Assembly: GCA_050230475.1 (NCBI GenBank)
Contig: JBFLGF010000206.1
Location: forward strand, 1 to 63,008
DNA from: Ancylonema sp.
Taxonomy: Eukaryota
Reading direction: 5' to 3'
Length of the DNA: 63,008 bases
Part shown: piece by piece, positions 38,530 to 51,900 of the stretch
Numbering within the stretch: the stretch's first letter is position 1
Layout of the letters: every line of letters starts with the position of its first letter
Made by a program: the position numbers and the translations under genes
The notes under the pieces: generated by a model
What the model was told of the DNA's origin: nothing
The model's database searches: none
Seen by the model: the letters and a program-made list of their open reading frames with translations, nothing else

Positions 38530-40615
38530 TTGTAATATGGTTCCATTCTTGAAAAGTAAAACAGGGTGATTGTTGTCTACACAACCTTAGGTTCTAAAAA
38601 ATATAGCACACAATTTACTTGTTTGGGCACCTCATGCGGCATATCGAAAGAACACTATTGTCAACACCTACCAAGAAGATCGGTTCGGTATTTTGTCACA
38701 TACAACCACAAATGTAAACTGACTTCGTTGTTTAAGAATAATGCATATTGCAGTATACCCACCTCCCAAAAAAATCATTGTGCAAAAAGCATTTATGTTT
38801 TACCTTGGATCTTAGAGTGTTAATAAAGGGGCTTCTTCTAGAAGATGGAATGCGGAGGATTTCTATGTTGAAACGCCACGCGGGACAAGCTTTGACAGCT
38901 TTGCAAGAAAGTGCCAGAATGGCGTGTGCCCCCTCCATTTGAATAATCTCTTACAAGGAAATGGAGGAGAAAGAGAATATAATCAGAACGGCTACTAAGA
39001 TATTGAGGAAAAAATAGATTTTGAATCAGACATACATAATTTGTCACACCCAACTACAAATGTAAATTGATTCCATTCTTGAAAAATGAAACAAATTACA
39101 TGTTTTCCTTTTAAAAAATGGACACCCTTTGCATCTGTGGCTGTATTTGAAAGGATACCGAACCAATCGTATGATTTAGAATTGCAGTGGTGGGCGTTAA
39201 AAATTGGTTTTTTTAGTATGCCCCATGAGGTGCCAACATGAGTGAATATTAAGCTATTATTTTAAATTCAGGAGGTGTGTATACGGCAAACTGCCTATTA
39301 TCCTTCGTAAAAATGGATTCACTTTACGTATGCAGCAGTATTGGACAATTTACTGAACGAATTTTCCTCATTTAGCTTTTTTGTAATAGGTGTTACGAAT
39401 GTGGTTTTATTTGTATGCCCCACGACGTGCCAACCGAAGTAAATATTGACTTATGGGTTTTAGAATCGGGAGGTGTGTATATAACAAACTCTCTGTTTTC
39501 TTTTTCAAAAATGGATTCAGTTTGCATCAGTGGTAGCAGTATTTATCATAATACGGTACGGAGATTCCTGGTGTAAGTTTATCGTGATAGGTATTGAGAA
39601 CGTGGTTCTTTTGATATGTCCCTTGAGGTGTTAATATGAGTTAATACTGAATTATGATTTTTTGAATGAGGAGGTGTATGTAAAGACCTGCTGATTCTAA
39701 AAATCATAACTCAGCATTGACTTATAATGGCACCTCATGGGTCACACCAAAAGAACCAAATTTTCAACACTTACCACCATAAATTTACATAAAGAATATC
39801 CGTTTTGTATTTAGTCGTATACAACTACAGATGCAAATTGAATCCATTTATGAAACCGAAAATATGCATTTTGCTATATACACCACTCGTGATTCGGTAA
39901 AATCATAAGAAAGTAATTACTTATATTGGCACCCTGCTGGGCATACCAAAAGAACCAAATTCTCAGCACCTATGACCATAAATATAAATAATGAATAGTG
40001 GTTCGGTATTCTGTCCAGCACAACTACAAATGCAAACTGAATCAATTATTGAATAGGAAAACAAACTGTTTGCCGCAGACACACCTCTAGATTTTAGAGA
40101 TTTTGTAGCTGTATTTGAGAGAATACAATAAGGATATACGTAACTTGATTTGCGTAACTTATGGTGATAGGTATTGTCGTATGCCCCATGATATGCCGAT
40201 ATAAGTCAATACTGAGATAAGATTTTTGAAATCAAGGAGTGTGTACATACACCTCATTCTAAAAATCATAACGCAATATCAATTTCTATTGGCGCCTCAT
40301 GGGGCATACCATAACCACATTCTCAACACCTATTACTAAAAAAATCATCACGAAGATCCTTTCTGTATTGTGTCAAATACAACTTCAGATGCAAACCGAA
40401 TCTATTTTTGAAAAGGAAATCACGTGGTTTGTTGTGTACGTACCTCCAGATCTAACAATGATTTCTCAATATCAACCTAAATTGGGACCTCTTGGTGCAT
40501 ACCAAAAAATCCAAATTCCCAACACGTATCACCACAAGTTGAAATCAGAAAGATTGATTCGGTATCGTGTCCAATATAGCTACAAAACTGAACTCATTTT
40601 TATGGAGTTTTAAAA
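38530..40615. repeat. Diverged ~195-bp repeat array with alternating orientation
   Basis: AAAATGGA..TTTGCAT recurs at ~39115, 39309 and 39507. Reverse-complement units at ~38590-38725, 39693-40090 and 40250-40615. A partial forward unit at ~40100-40250. Confidence 0.8.
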
Positions 40616-42916
40616 ATGTGGAATTTACACCTCTAGTGGTATGATCAATAATGCAACGACAACCATTTATATTTTATATTTTACACTAGTATAAAATATT
40701 ATAAGGACCGCATTTTAACTGTCTAACCACAGCATTAAGATTCACGCGATTTTGACTTGAAATGATAGAGATATCGACCACAACGGCAACCGCAAGTTGC
40801 AATAAAACTGTCGGATTTTTTTGGATTCTCTGAGAGTCATTTCAATGTATCGTAGTACGATAAAATCGCGTCGTTTTTCAAAGACAGATGGCTGAGTAAA
40901 TCGGTTACAAAAATACCCATGAACAAAAAGTTAAACGAGGCGAATTGGACCAGAGACTCGAGTACCATACCTGATTGCGCAATGGATCGTCGGAACGAAG
41001 GGCAAAAGGTTTGAAGGGCACGGCTTTTCGATTAGAGGCAAAAATGATGAAGAGACCCGGAGACTCAAAATGCACGGATCTTCAGGTACCCGTGGTCCCT
41101 GTACACTCTGCAAGTGAGTCACGTGCAGATCGTTCGTGAGACGGTTGAGACGATTGGACAAATCCAAAGTACTAACTGTTTGTCATTTGTTCGTAAACGG
41201 CACGTGGCTATAATATGTACGAAAGGTGAATGGCCACCGGCTGGCAGCTCGAATGGGACAAGATTCGAATGGCCAACGATCGATGGACGGATTAGACAGT
41301 TCTAGACATCCAAAAAACCAACCATTTTATTGCCGTGTATGTCTTGTGGATACGTAGATACTAAGATACTAGAACGTACGACGTCAGAGTCCGAAATAGA
41401 TACGTAGATCTACGGAAATAAAACGACCAGCCGCAAACCGCTAGAATGAACCCAAAACACTAGTGGCCGACGATCGCTAGCGAGTTCAAACACTTGTAAA
41501 GAGCCGAAGCAAGCAACCGTTAAAGCGAGCAACCGTTAATGGCGGTATGTGTCTAACACAACCCATAGTCCACTGGTATCTTCTGACTTAACCGAAACGG
41601 TTTAATTTCGTCGTGTTTGTCTTGCGAACAAAAGTCCATGAATCAGATAAAACGAACCGTACGCCGGTGGCTACGTCTAATTTTTGGGTTGTCACAAATT
41701 AGATTGTCTATGATCACACACTACGGATATATCCGAGATTCCAATTGCCAGCCCCAGTCCCCACACTTATAGGCGTCCAAGCGTATTGCCTATAGGCACT
41801 ACACCTACACATCCCATATGAGCCCACAACCCCTAGCATTACGTGTGAAACGAATATGTATATTGTTGGCGAGAATATTTGAGTCATAGTTTGGTGTCGG
41901 TACGCATCATGTAAGAATTGTCGTACCTCACACTTAGAAACGACAACGCCAACGACGATCTCGGATGGCATCGGATCGGATCGCATCGGATGCTTCGCTC
42001 ATTGAAGTTCCTACATATCTGCGGCGGTTCCGTAGGCACTTGGTACCTTCCGCTTGTGACATGTCGCCTTGGAGTGATTTTCACTCCCCACATCGAGGTT
42101 TTTTCGAAAGGACGGCTTTACTTCTTCAGTGCATACATAAATCTTCCCCAAAATGGTGTCTTAGCAATAAAATATACTTCTTATTATGACATCTTCAAAA
42201 TATGCTCATACCCACACAAATTTTGCCCATTATTTCTTGATGATTGTGAATTTCATACAAAACACATGGCGTTATACTTAACATTCCTCATGCCTAAGTA
42301 TTGCTTACATGTCTCCCTATTCGTCGCAGACACCATTTACAACTACACAAAATCCCTCCATTTTGCAATTGATTGGTTGCCCTATGATTCGGTTGTTAGA
42401 AATGATGACGGACACTTCAAACCACGTTGTCAGTCACATCACCTTCTCTTTTTGAGATTATATGGACGGGGGATAGGTTCCATTCAAATCCAAGAAATAG
42501 TGCTTTTATAAATATTGAAGATGATCCTTGAAGATTGTTCGCTTTCTACACACCAACCATTTCCAAGTTTAGAGGCTTTCATTTCACAAATCTGCCCACA
42601 TTTGACCAACCCGGTAGTTAAGACAGATTGGGACAAAAGCTTACTCTTCAAATATTAGTGATTGTCGTCATTATTATACAAGCAAAAGGGACCATGTGAG
42701 TGCCATTGAAAATTGACCCAGGTCAAGTGACGCCCTAGAATGGTGTGCCATAGTACAAAAGGCGACTATTGCTTAGTTTATTTATCTCTTCGCGATTAAG
42801 CAACAATAGGTAACACAAAAACAGTTATCTGATTATTCATTAAAGAGCAATCGATATTCGTTTGCTATAGTGAGGGATAGATACGAGCGATTTCACTTTT
42901 AGTTGAGAACAGTAAA

Positions 42917-43683
42917 CCGTACCGGCCAGATTTAATGCCCCACCCCTCCAGGGATCGAAATAATAAGCCTTAGACCCAACAATCCACCCACCCCTTCCGG
43001 GCGACTATTTATTCACATATGACCCACTCTGGTAACGGTCAAATTAGCTCCTAAAATGGTGAACACCGTGATCGTTAAAGCCCAGTTCAAAGGTATTCTT
43101 ATATTTAGGCCTCTATGGCCTGTATTTGTCCCTTTATACCCTTGACGCCCCCCCACCGGAGCCCATTAACCCAGATTTTATTTATAGTGTGTAGTGTAGG
43201 TTTAGGCTACCAAAACGGAAAATAAATCTTAAATACAAAAAAATAAAATAAAAAATAAAATACAAAAATAAATAAACACAAACTACGTAAATGTGCATTT
43301 CTTTTGTGGCTTTTCATAAATTGTGAGGTAACAGTGATTATGGATGGGTACGCATGCGTAAACAAGTTATGTACGCAAGCGGATATGTTTAATTGTGATT
43401 GGTGCGTTGAACTAAAATGGTTTTTTGAAACGGGATGTTGTTTTCTTATGATGCCTTGCCTTTTTTCACGTAGGGTGGCATGTGTATCCGGTAGTCTTAA
43501 ATTGTTTTGAACTGTAGATGATCTCAAAATACCTCGAGATGAAGACCCAGGCCTCCTAAAAAACCGGGGATTAGGGGACTTAAGGCCCCAGAAGCGACCT
43601 TGGAATTAGTATTTATGACCCGGACTTAAGAACCAACCGGAAAAAAAAAAAAAAAACCGGATCATTAAATCTGGCCGGTACGG
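42917..43683. mobile_element. MITE with 21-bp TIR, Tc1/mariner-like
   Basis: Perfect TIR CCGTACCGGCCAGATTTAATG at 42917-42937 and 43663-43683. Right flank is TA and left flank AA, possibly a mutated TA TSD. Confidence 0.78.
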
Positions 43684-45151
43684 TAGAGCCATCACAACAT
43701 ACAACAAAACAAGGTCTTGCGAGCTTCCCAAAACAACACAATGACTCATTAGCAAATATGATTATATGCAAAGATTAAGAAAGTCTAGCTACATTTGTTC
43801 CATCACACACATATCTAGAAAACAACTTGAATCTTCATGTACGAGAAGTACGAAAATGATGAAAGTATCATGATGACAAAATGAAAGGACTCAAGATATA
43901 ATGTATCTAAATGTATAATGTCTAGCCACTCTCTTTTCTCTACACATGAATGTACTACATACGTAAACTTTCGCAACAACAATGACATGTTGTCATGTGC
44001 GCCTTGAAGAACCGGGTTTTACAACCAACGCATATCATTGAATAGGGCCTAGTCTAACACTGTTTCGATTTATACATAAACGTGAAGCGCGGAACTTACA
44101 TTCATACTTTTAAACCAGCATGCTAATGTGATCCTGAAAGACACCATATAACCGGAGAACGAGATACAGACACAAGTTGGAATATTGCATGTCTCACCAC
44201 TTTTTCGGCTGCACCACCACAGCAGGAGCAGCACCAGCGGCCGGAGCGGTGGCGGTAGCAACAACGGCAACAACAGCATTGGCATCGTTGGCGGCATCAT
44301 CATCTCCCGGATTTCCCGACGCCATTAAACCACTGAACAATAGAAGATGACGAGTCAGATCGCAAGTTTGAATGAATACATTAGGGACATGTGCGCGAAA
44401 GCGAGGACGCAGTCTGATGCGACGTGTCACGACGAGCGATAGGAACACTTACAACTACAAGCAGCAGTCTGCAATTCCGCTGAACCATAATGCACGACAA
44501 AACGATCAAAGAGAGGGAGATAGGACGGGAGAAGCGGTGAATGTATGCGGCGGCAGGATGCGCTGGAGTGGTAGAATTCACGACCGTGAGCATCATATAA
44601 CCTAACAGGAAAGGCGGCGAGATTGCGCCAGCTCCACCCTAGATACACGTGTGTTCTTATCGGGAGGCAGTCAACCGTACCCGTCGGGGTGTAATTGTTC
44701 GCGTACAACGGCGATGTGTCGATCGTAGATTTGAGTGTAGATGGCGGAAAAAGTTTGGAGAGCGGATAACAGACGGCCGACGGGCGGACGGCTCCGCAGC
44801 CCGCAGCCCAGAGATAACAACGCAGGGAAATGTCAGGCGCAGGAAATGTCTCGCAGGCTTCGCCCTGAATCCCGGGCGAGCCTGCGAAATGCTCCCCGGC
44901 AGGAGCGTCATGGGAGAGGGAAGGTCGCAAGCCAAGAGGAAAGTTGCCGATTAGTACTCTGAGATGGAGCATTTGCGCGTTTTCCCGCCAGTTGTTTCCA
45001 TAAACCAGTTGCAAACCTGCCAGGAAAGAGGCAGGACAGGAAAGCTAAGAATTGAAGTAGGGCTAACTTCGCTCTCCAAATAGTAGAAACAATATAATCC
45101 TAAGCGAGTTGGTGGGGCACCGATCTCACACCAATTGACAAGTTACGGACC

Positions 45152-48100
45152 ATGGGGCGCCCTTTACATCCTGCACATGATGCCTTAGATGCCCTAGACG
45201 ACTCACTAGTTTTCCACATTCTGCAGCAGATTAGCGATGGCCAGGATCTGGCGGCTCTTTCCCGTGTCAACAGGCGCATACGGTCGCTAGTTGCTCAAGT
45301 CAAGCAGCTTTCGTTTCAGCACTCAAAATGTCTTGGCGCTTCGTCCCCGCTCGGGTTTCAGTGCCTCGTGATGAGTATGGTACAGAGAACGGCGGGGCTG
45401 CAGCATCTGTCCGTGCACTTCGGGTTGCGCTCGGCGAGTCCAGGACGGATCAGTGGTGGTATGTAACTGAATGGATTTAATTAGTACCGACGTCATCGGA
45501 TGCAGTGGCGAAGGCACTGCAGTTGGGAGCTAGTCGACAATCGTACCAAGCAGCCACTTTAGGCTAGCAGACTTTCGCCAATTTGCTCGTTTCGAAAAAC
45601 GTAAGTTACTTTTCCGCGCTCGTCTCGAGCGTTAATGGAAGCACTTGCTGAAAGGCTAGGCCCAGTGGAGCTTTTTCTACGTATCGCCACGCACAGGAAG
45701 CCTAATTTGTTGACCTAATGTGGGGATTACAGAATTGGGACCGGGCGATCTGCACATTCCACCCGTGGGTGTGAGTGGGCCTTTGGACCAGATTCAGCCG
45801 AGCTTCAACAGACCTCTGGTCGACATTCTTCAATGCCCGCACCTACAAACTTTAGAGGTCAGCAGATACAGCTTAACGAACAACTATTACTGTAAGGAGA
45901 TTCTGCAATTAGTAGGATTAAGATCACACCTCTCCCGACTTACGTGATCTCCCGCTGTGTTGACCGGATTAAAGAGGCAGTTCTGATAAGTTGCACAAGA
46001 AGCAGTTGGGATGCAATTGCAGCGCCAGCATGTATCATGTACAGTCGTCTCTCAATAGAAAGTTCTTCCTTAAATAGTATCTGAGGTTCTCATGAGACGT
46101 TTTCATTTGCAGCTCCGCAATATTTTCCTGTCTCCAGCGCCTTTACTCGCTCCCAAGCTCTCCCGCCTGAAAGTTCTGAAGCTCTCCCACCTCGAGCTTT
46201 GCGACGAGTCGCTAGAGGACCTGCTCTTGCTGTGTCCTCACCTTCAGGTACGTTCAAAACCTCTGAATGTACACCCTCTGTTTTGGCACACCCTCAAGAA
46301 AGGCACCAAAAATACGGCAGGTCAGAAGTGTGTCATAAGAAAGGTTCGACTGTACAGGATGACATCTGGATCACAACAAATTCCTCAACTCGAAGCTCTT
46401 TCCCAGCGAATAACCTCTCAGAACTGGCGGATGATCCCTTGCAAAATTTGTGAAGCTTCATCATGAGTATCAGGATACAGGACTGCACATTAATGAGGAG
46501 GAAGAGGAGGGTGACCATGGCAACGGAGGTGATTTCTGGCAGATCCTGTCATGTCTGACGCAAATAATTTCTTTTTTTGTGTTCCCCTGTGTGACCAGAC
46601 CCTGAATATGGACGGAGTTGTGGGGCTAGACTTTCCACACGTGTGTGGTGGCGGTCTGCGCGAAATTGAGGTCGTTATGGCCTCCCCTGCTCAAGGACTG
46701 TACATCACAACGCCACATTTGAAACGTCTCAGTGTCAGGTTCGTCGATGGCTTTACCTTCATGTGCGCCGTGGCCCATTACGAGAAAGGTTATTATTATT
46801 ATTATTATTGTTATTATTTATTTTCCCTGAAACAAAACAAATGATTATGATTATGATTATTATTATCATTATCAATTTTTATTTTTTCCCCCAAACAAAA
46901 CAAATGATACAGGAAAAAAAAAAAAAACATATCATTTTTGTGTTTTTTTTTTAAAGGTTTGTTCCCCCCCTCCCACCACTTTTTTTTTCGTGTGATTAAT
47001 CATAGCTCAAGTCACTCAAGGGTAGCAGAGTGGAATATGGATGCATGATTGGAAATTCATTAGATTTCATCAAATTCATTGAACCAGAACTGGATATCGA
47101 GGGTATGCCGCACCACTTCTGACACGGTCAGCTGTACCCTCGCAGTGGTGTGGCTGAGATTGAGTTGATCGAAGCACCAGATCTCGAGATACTTCACGTG
47201 TCAAGTCATCTGGAGGGTCTGCACGGGTGTATGGCTTCGTTGCAAGAAGTGCATCTCCAAGGCTCGGATTGGGCGTGGGGTTCAGTGGAGGCTGTCCTGT
47301 TGCCCGTAGAAAACCTGTGCCGTCTGCTGCTGGATGTGAGGTCAGTAGGCGGGGGGGGTGCGGGTAGGGAGGATGTTTGTCTGCAGATTGATCTGTATCG
47401 TTCTGGTTGTTTTATTTCCCTTCCAGTACAGAAAATCATGCATGGGGTTTCATGTGACTTCAGTGCTCTCCCCTATTCTGGGCTTAGGGATCAGGTGCTG
47501 ACATTAAAAGCAGCAGTTTGCACATACATGAATGTCCAAGTTTGTTTTTGCCGTCTTCCTCTTCTTCATTTTATTTTGCATGACCCGTTTTGCCTGACGA
47601 GACTGGCTGACAACCCTGACACATTCACCGCGTTCGGACCGCAGGTTACGAGAGGGAGAAGTAGTGGACTTGCATCGACTGGCTGCCACCTGTTTCCGTA
47701 CACAGCACCTGGTGCTCACAGCCTCCTTCCTGCAACAAATTCAGGTGGGAAGGAAGAGCTGTCAGAGGGCATGAACAGGGGTATGGGACATGCAAGCTGG
47801 CTGCTTATTACTGTTGGTTGTGTAACAGCTTTCATAACACACTTGGTTCCCTTTTCGTAGGCACCCCTCTGTGTAGGCACACAGTTATCGCTTCGTTGCA
47901 GCTGATGTAAGGACGAATGAGTATTCCCTGACGTATCCCTTCCTGGTATTGGTTGAAATTCAGAGCCACGCGGTGTTGAGAGCAGTGTCTATGGGGCATT
48001 GTCCGATGGAGGAGGGGGAGGGGGAGGGGGGTGGGGAGGAGGCGACAGAGATGGGACGCTTGCAAGAGCTGACGGTGACATGGGATTCCAGCTGGACTTG

Positions 48101-48581
48101 GGATGTACTGTTTCAGATCATCGAAAGTGCGCCCAATCTGGCATCCGTCCAGGTAACTGTCTCTTTGGAGTAATGGCTTCATGCTTCGTCTTATTCAGCT
48201 TGGAGGATGAATATGGATTCATGGTACTGTTATGGGTATGGTTATGATCATGGTGACATTTATGGTTATGATCATGGTTTTTGGTCATGTTTACCAATAT
48301 GGTTCTGGTTATGGTTATTGTGCACTTTATGCCTTGCTTGGTATGTGAGGTAGAGAGTGTGCATAAGAGGAGTCTGCTGTGTGATTTTGCTTTGGCTTCG
48401 GCTTTGGATTTTACGGTGCTAAGGTAGCGAGATTGTTGACTTGAGTTTCTCCTCTTTGCAGGTAGCAGCCATGCAGATGTCAGCAGATTCCCTTCTGGAC
48501 GCAGGTCGTATGAGAAGGGTGTTATCTCAAGTGTGCGCACAACGAGGTTTGAAGTGGGGTCTGCAGGTGGTTCAAATATGA
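45152..48581 (+). CDS. F-box/LRR-type protein, ~8 exons
   Basis: N-terminal F-box-like LDALDDSLVFHILQQISDGQDLAALSRVNRRIRSL. LRR-like LSRLKVLKLSHLEL..LEDLLLLCPHLQTL and APDLEILHV. Exons ~45152-45458, 45733-45858, 46113-46247, 46599-46738, 47146-47341, 47645-47744, 47964-48153, 48462-48581. Confidence 0.75.
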
Positions 48582-48969
48582 GGGGAACTGCAGGTGACAA
48601 TCTATTGTAGGACATGAATATGAGTCTATGATTTCAAACTGATTAGGAGCCCTGCTCAGTTGATATAGGTTTGACTGAGGATAGTTAATATGAAGGGATC
48701 CTTCTAGATCCCTATCCCTATAGATAGTCATTACTGACCTTGAATTGACAGGTTTATAGATAGTCTGCCAATAATCTGTACAGAAGCGCATTGAACCGCA
48801 TAGAGTGCATTATCACGCAGCAGCATGTGGGTGTACAATTAGTGTTATATTAGGCTGGACAGTTGTCCTTGATCACATGTAAGAAATCTAGTTAGCAGGA
48901 TATTTCAGTCTCAGATCAGTATTTCCAGTTGATGGTGTTCATGTGGTGTCAATGTTACTGTGGAGAAGG

Positions 48970-51900
48970 CATAGTTACCCGAACCTTCGGAACCGGGTTC
49001 GGAGATCCGCATCTCGGACTGGGGTCCGTCCTTCGAAGCCCAAAACCTCGGACTGGCGATTTAGGATAAAACCAGTTTTATTAGGTTCTTTATTTTTTTC
49101 CTCGTTCCAAAAACTCCGAAAATAACTTTTAATAGTGTAGTTTTTCAATGTGCATCTACCAAAAACCTCATAAATATTATTTGCCAAGCCATTAATGAAT
49201 GGGAACCAAAAATCAACGTGCTAACACGTTTTTTTTTTATGACATTTGACCTAGTACTTTTTGCTCCCACTCCCCCAGCACCATTAATAGCAGTATGGAA
49301 CTTTAATACATTTTACCATTTTCTCATTAACTCATTTAAAATGAGCACAATCATTTTGATCATAGATCACATGTGATTAAGAGAGGTTGCAATGTTACAA
49401 AACGATTATATAATCTTGAAAGTGAACATTGTGTATCTTTCAAGCTAAAAGTTTCAAAAAATCAATATGCCCTATCATTCACCAAAATTGTCATACAACT
49501 TCGTAATCAAACTTTTATATGCACATATCACATATCGCATGTATAATCATTCGGCAGTTTACTACTTTTTACTACTAATTGTGAGTGCTTTCTTCTGCCA
49601 TCGATGCAAGAATAAAGCACAACTCTCTCAGACAACTCTTGAATCGACAGATCACGTCATTACAAACGTTGACACAACAAAAATGCAAGTTTGAAGTAGA
49701 AAGTATTGATTAAGGAATTCAGCATGCAAGCTCAGACCTAGTACAGTCGATTGTTGCCTGGTGAGAGAATCTACTGGTATCGAAACTACTTCGTCAATTG
49801 CCAATCATATCTAAGCATTCTGCCACATCAACTAGTTCTTATCGACACTTGTGCCACATGGCCAAGTAATCATTAAAACAAGGACGTCGGCCTGCAGCCG
49901 CCTGCAGCCTGCATTTGCTGAATAACGACAAAATAACGCTAAAGTCCCGGTATTGCTAAAATCGATATAACGACAAAAGTTCACAGCCCCTAAAAACTAA
50001 CACCCCCTCCCTGGGTACTTTTGTATTCCCCCTCCAGATGACCAAAACGATATCGATTTTACAAACACAAGTCGACAAAAAACATTTATTTTTCATACAC
50101 CCACCCCACCAGATCACAATAATTTTTCTTCAACACCTTGGCAGACACTGCTTTAGTCAACATATCAGCAGCCTGGTCTTCACTCCTCTTACAAACTGTA
50201 GATTGATCTTTTTCTTGGTCACCCTCTCTCGAATGGAATGATACTTGATCTCGATGTGTTTGGAGCGCTTGTGGAAAATAGGATTCTCAACAAGTTTCAA
50301 GGAACTCTCATTGTCTCCCAGCAATAGCACACTCCCCCCACCAATACCCAACTCTTTTTGCATCTGGCTCAAATAAATGGCCTCATTTCCAGCACTCAAT
50401 CAAGTACTCACTCTCACAGCTCGAGTGTGTGACTGTATCCAGGCGACCACTTTTCCAGCTCACAGCAGCACCTCCACTAAGAAAGACATAGCCAGTTTTC
50501 CCCTTCCTAGTGTCGACGTCGTCACCATGACTAGCATCTGAGTAGCCGATGACTGGCAAATCACCTCCTTTCTTATACATCAGCCCCAAAATTACAGTTC
50601 CCTTGAGATATCGCAAAACTCTCTTTACCCCCTCCCAATGCTTGTCCCCTGACTGCTGACTGTATCGACACAAGGAGTTAACAGCGGCTGCCAGATCAGG
50701 TCTTGTTCCGAAAGTGAGATACAGCAAACTGCCCATTGCAGACTTGTAGCCCACACCCTCTATTCCAGCAGATTCAGAAGCAGAATCACAGTTTGCAGAA
50801 AATTTTACACCCAGATCAAGAGGAGTAGCAGCAGAATTGCAGTCTTGCATCCCAAACTTGTTGAGGAGGTCCCTGGCATATTTCTCTTTCACCAAAAACA
50901 CGTTTCCATCAGACTGCCGTCGAATCTCAAGCCCCAGCAAGAATTTTGCTTCCCCCATGTCTTTCATGTTATACTTCTTTCCCAACCCTCTTTTCACCCC
51001 AAAAATAGCATCCAGCCTGATGCAGAGGAGAAACACATTATCCACATAGAGCGCCAAGTAGAGTGCTTCTGGCCCTGCTCCCAGAATATAAAGGTCAAAA
51101 TCTGAAGCGAGACGATGAAACTGCAAGCTTTTCAGCACGTCGTCGATGTGCTGATTCCATCCTCTCGGTGCCTGCTTGAGGCCATACAAGCACCTGAGTA
51201 GTAGCCACACCAAATCTGCTTCACCAAGCCCACACGTGCCGTCAGGGGCCTTCATGTACACCTCCTCTTCCAGGGGTGCATGGAGAAAAGCTGTCGTTAC
51301 ATCCATCTGATGCATGTGTAGACCCCTGGAAGCTCCCATGGCGACAAGTTGGCGAATGCTTTCAAAACGAACAGATGGAGAAAAGGTCTGATCGTAGTCC
51401 TCTCCCTCTACTTGACTGAACCCCTTAGCCACAACTCTTGCTTTGTATTTTTCTACAGAACCAGCTGCATTGAACTTGATCCTGAACACCCACTTTGACT
51501 TCACAACTTTCTTCCCCTTCGGCCTTGGCACAAGTCGATAGACCTGGTTTTCTCGTAGACTCGTCATTTCTGCAGCCATTGCAGCTTTCCACTCAGCTGC
51601 TTGTGGGCTGTTAAGAGCTTCCTCAACAGTCGTCGGCGTCTTTATCTCACTTTCTTTCCAGGTTGGCAACAAACGCAGCAGCAAATCTGTTGGGATGCAT
51701 TCCTCTGTTCTCCCTTGTAGATCGACGAATAGGCTCAGGATCATCGATAGAAGTTTCTGGAAAGTTGTCGTTCACGCCAAGTGGATTAAAAGGAGTAGCA
51801 TCATCTGGATACCATTTTGGACCATCTTCCAGATGATCTTCGTCTTCGTCTCCACTAGAATTGCTGACAAGTTCTGGAAGATCTGCACTGTGAGGAAGAG

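Noticed and set aside
39110..40615. CRISPR-like array
   Set aside because: Units are ~195 bp, similar along their whole length and inverted, with no unique spacers and no cas genes.
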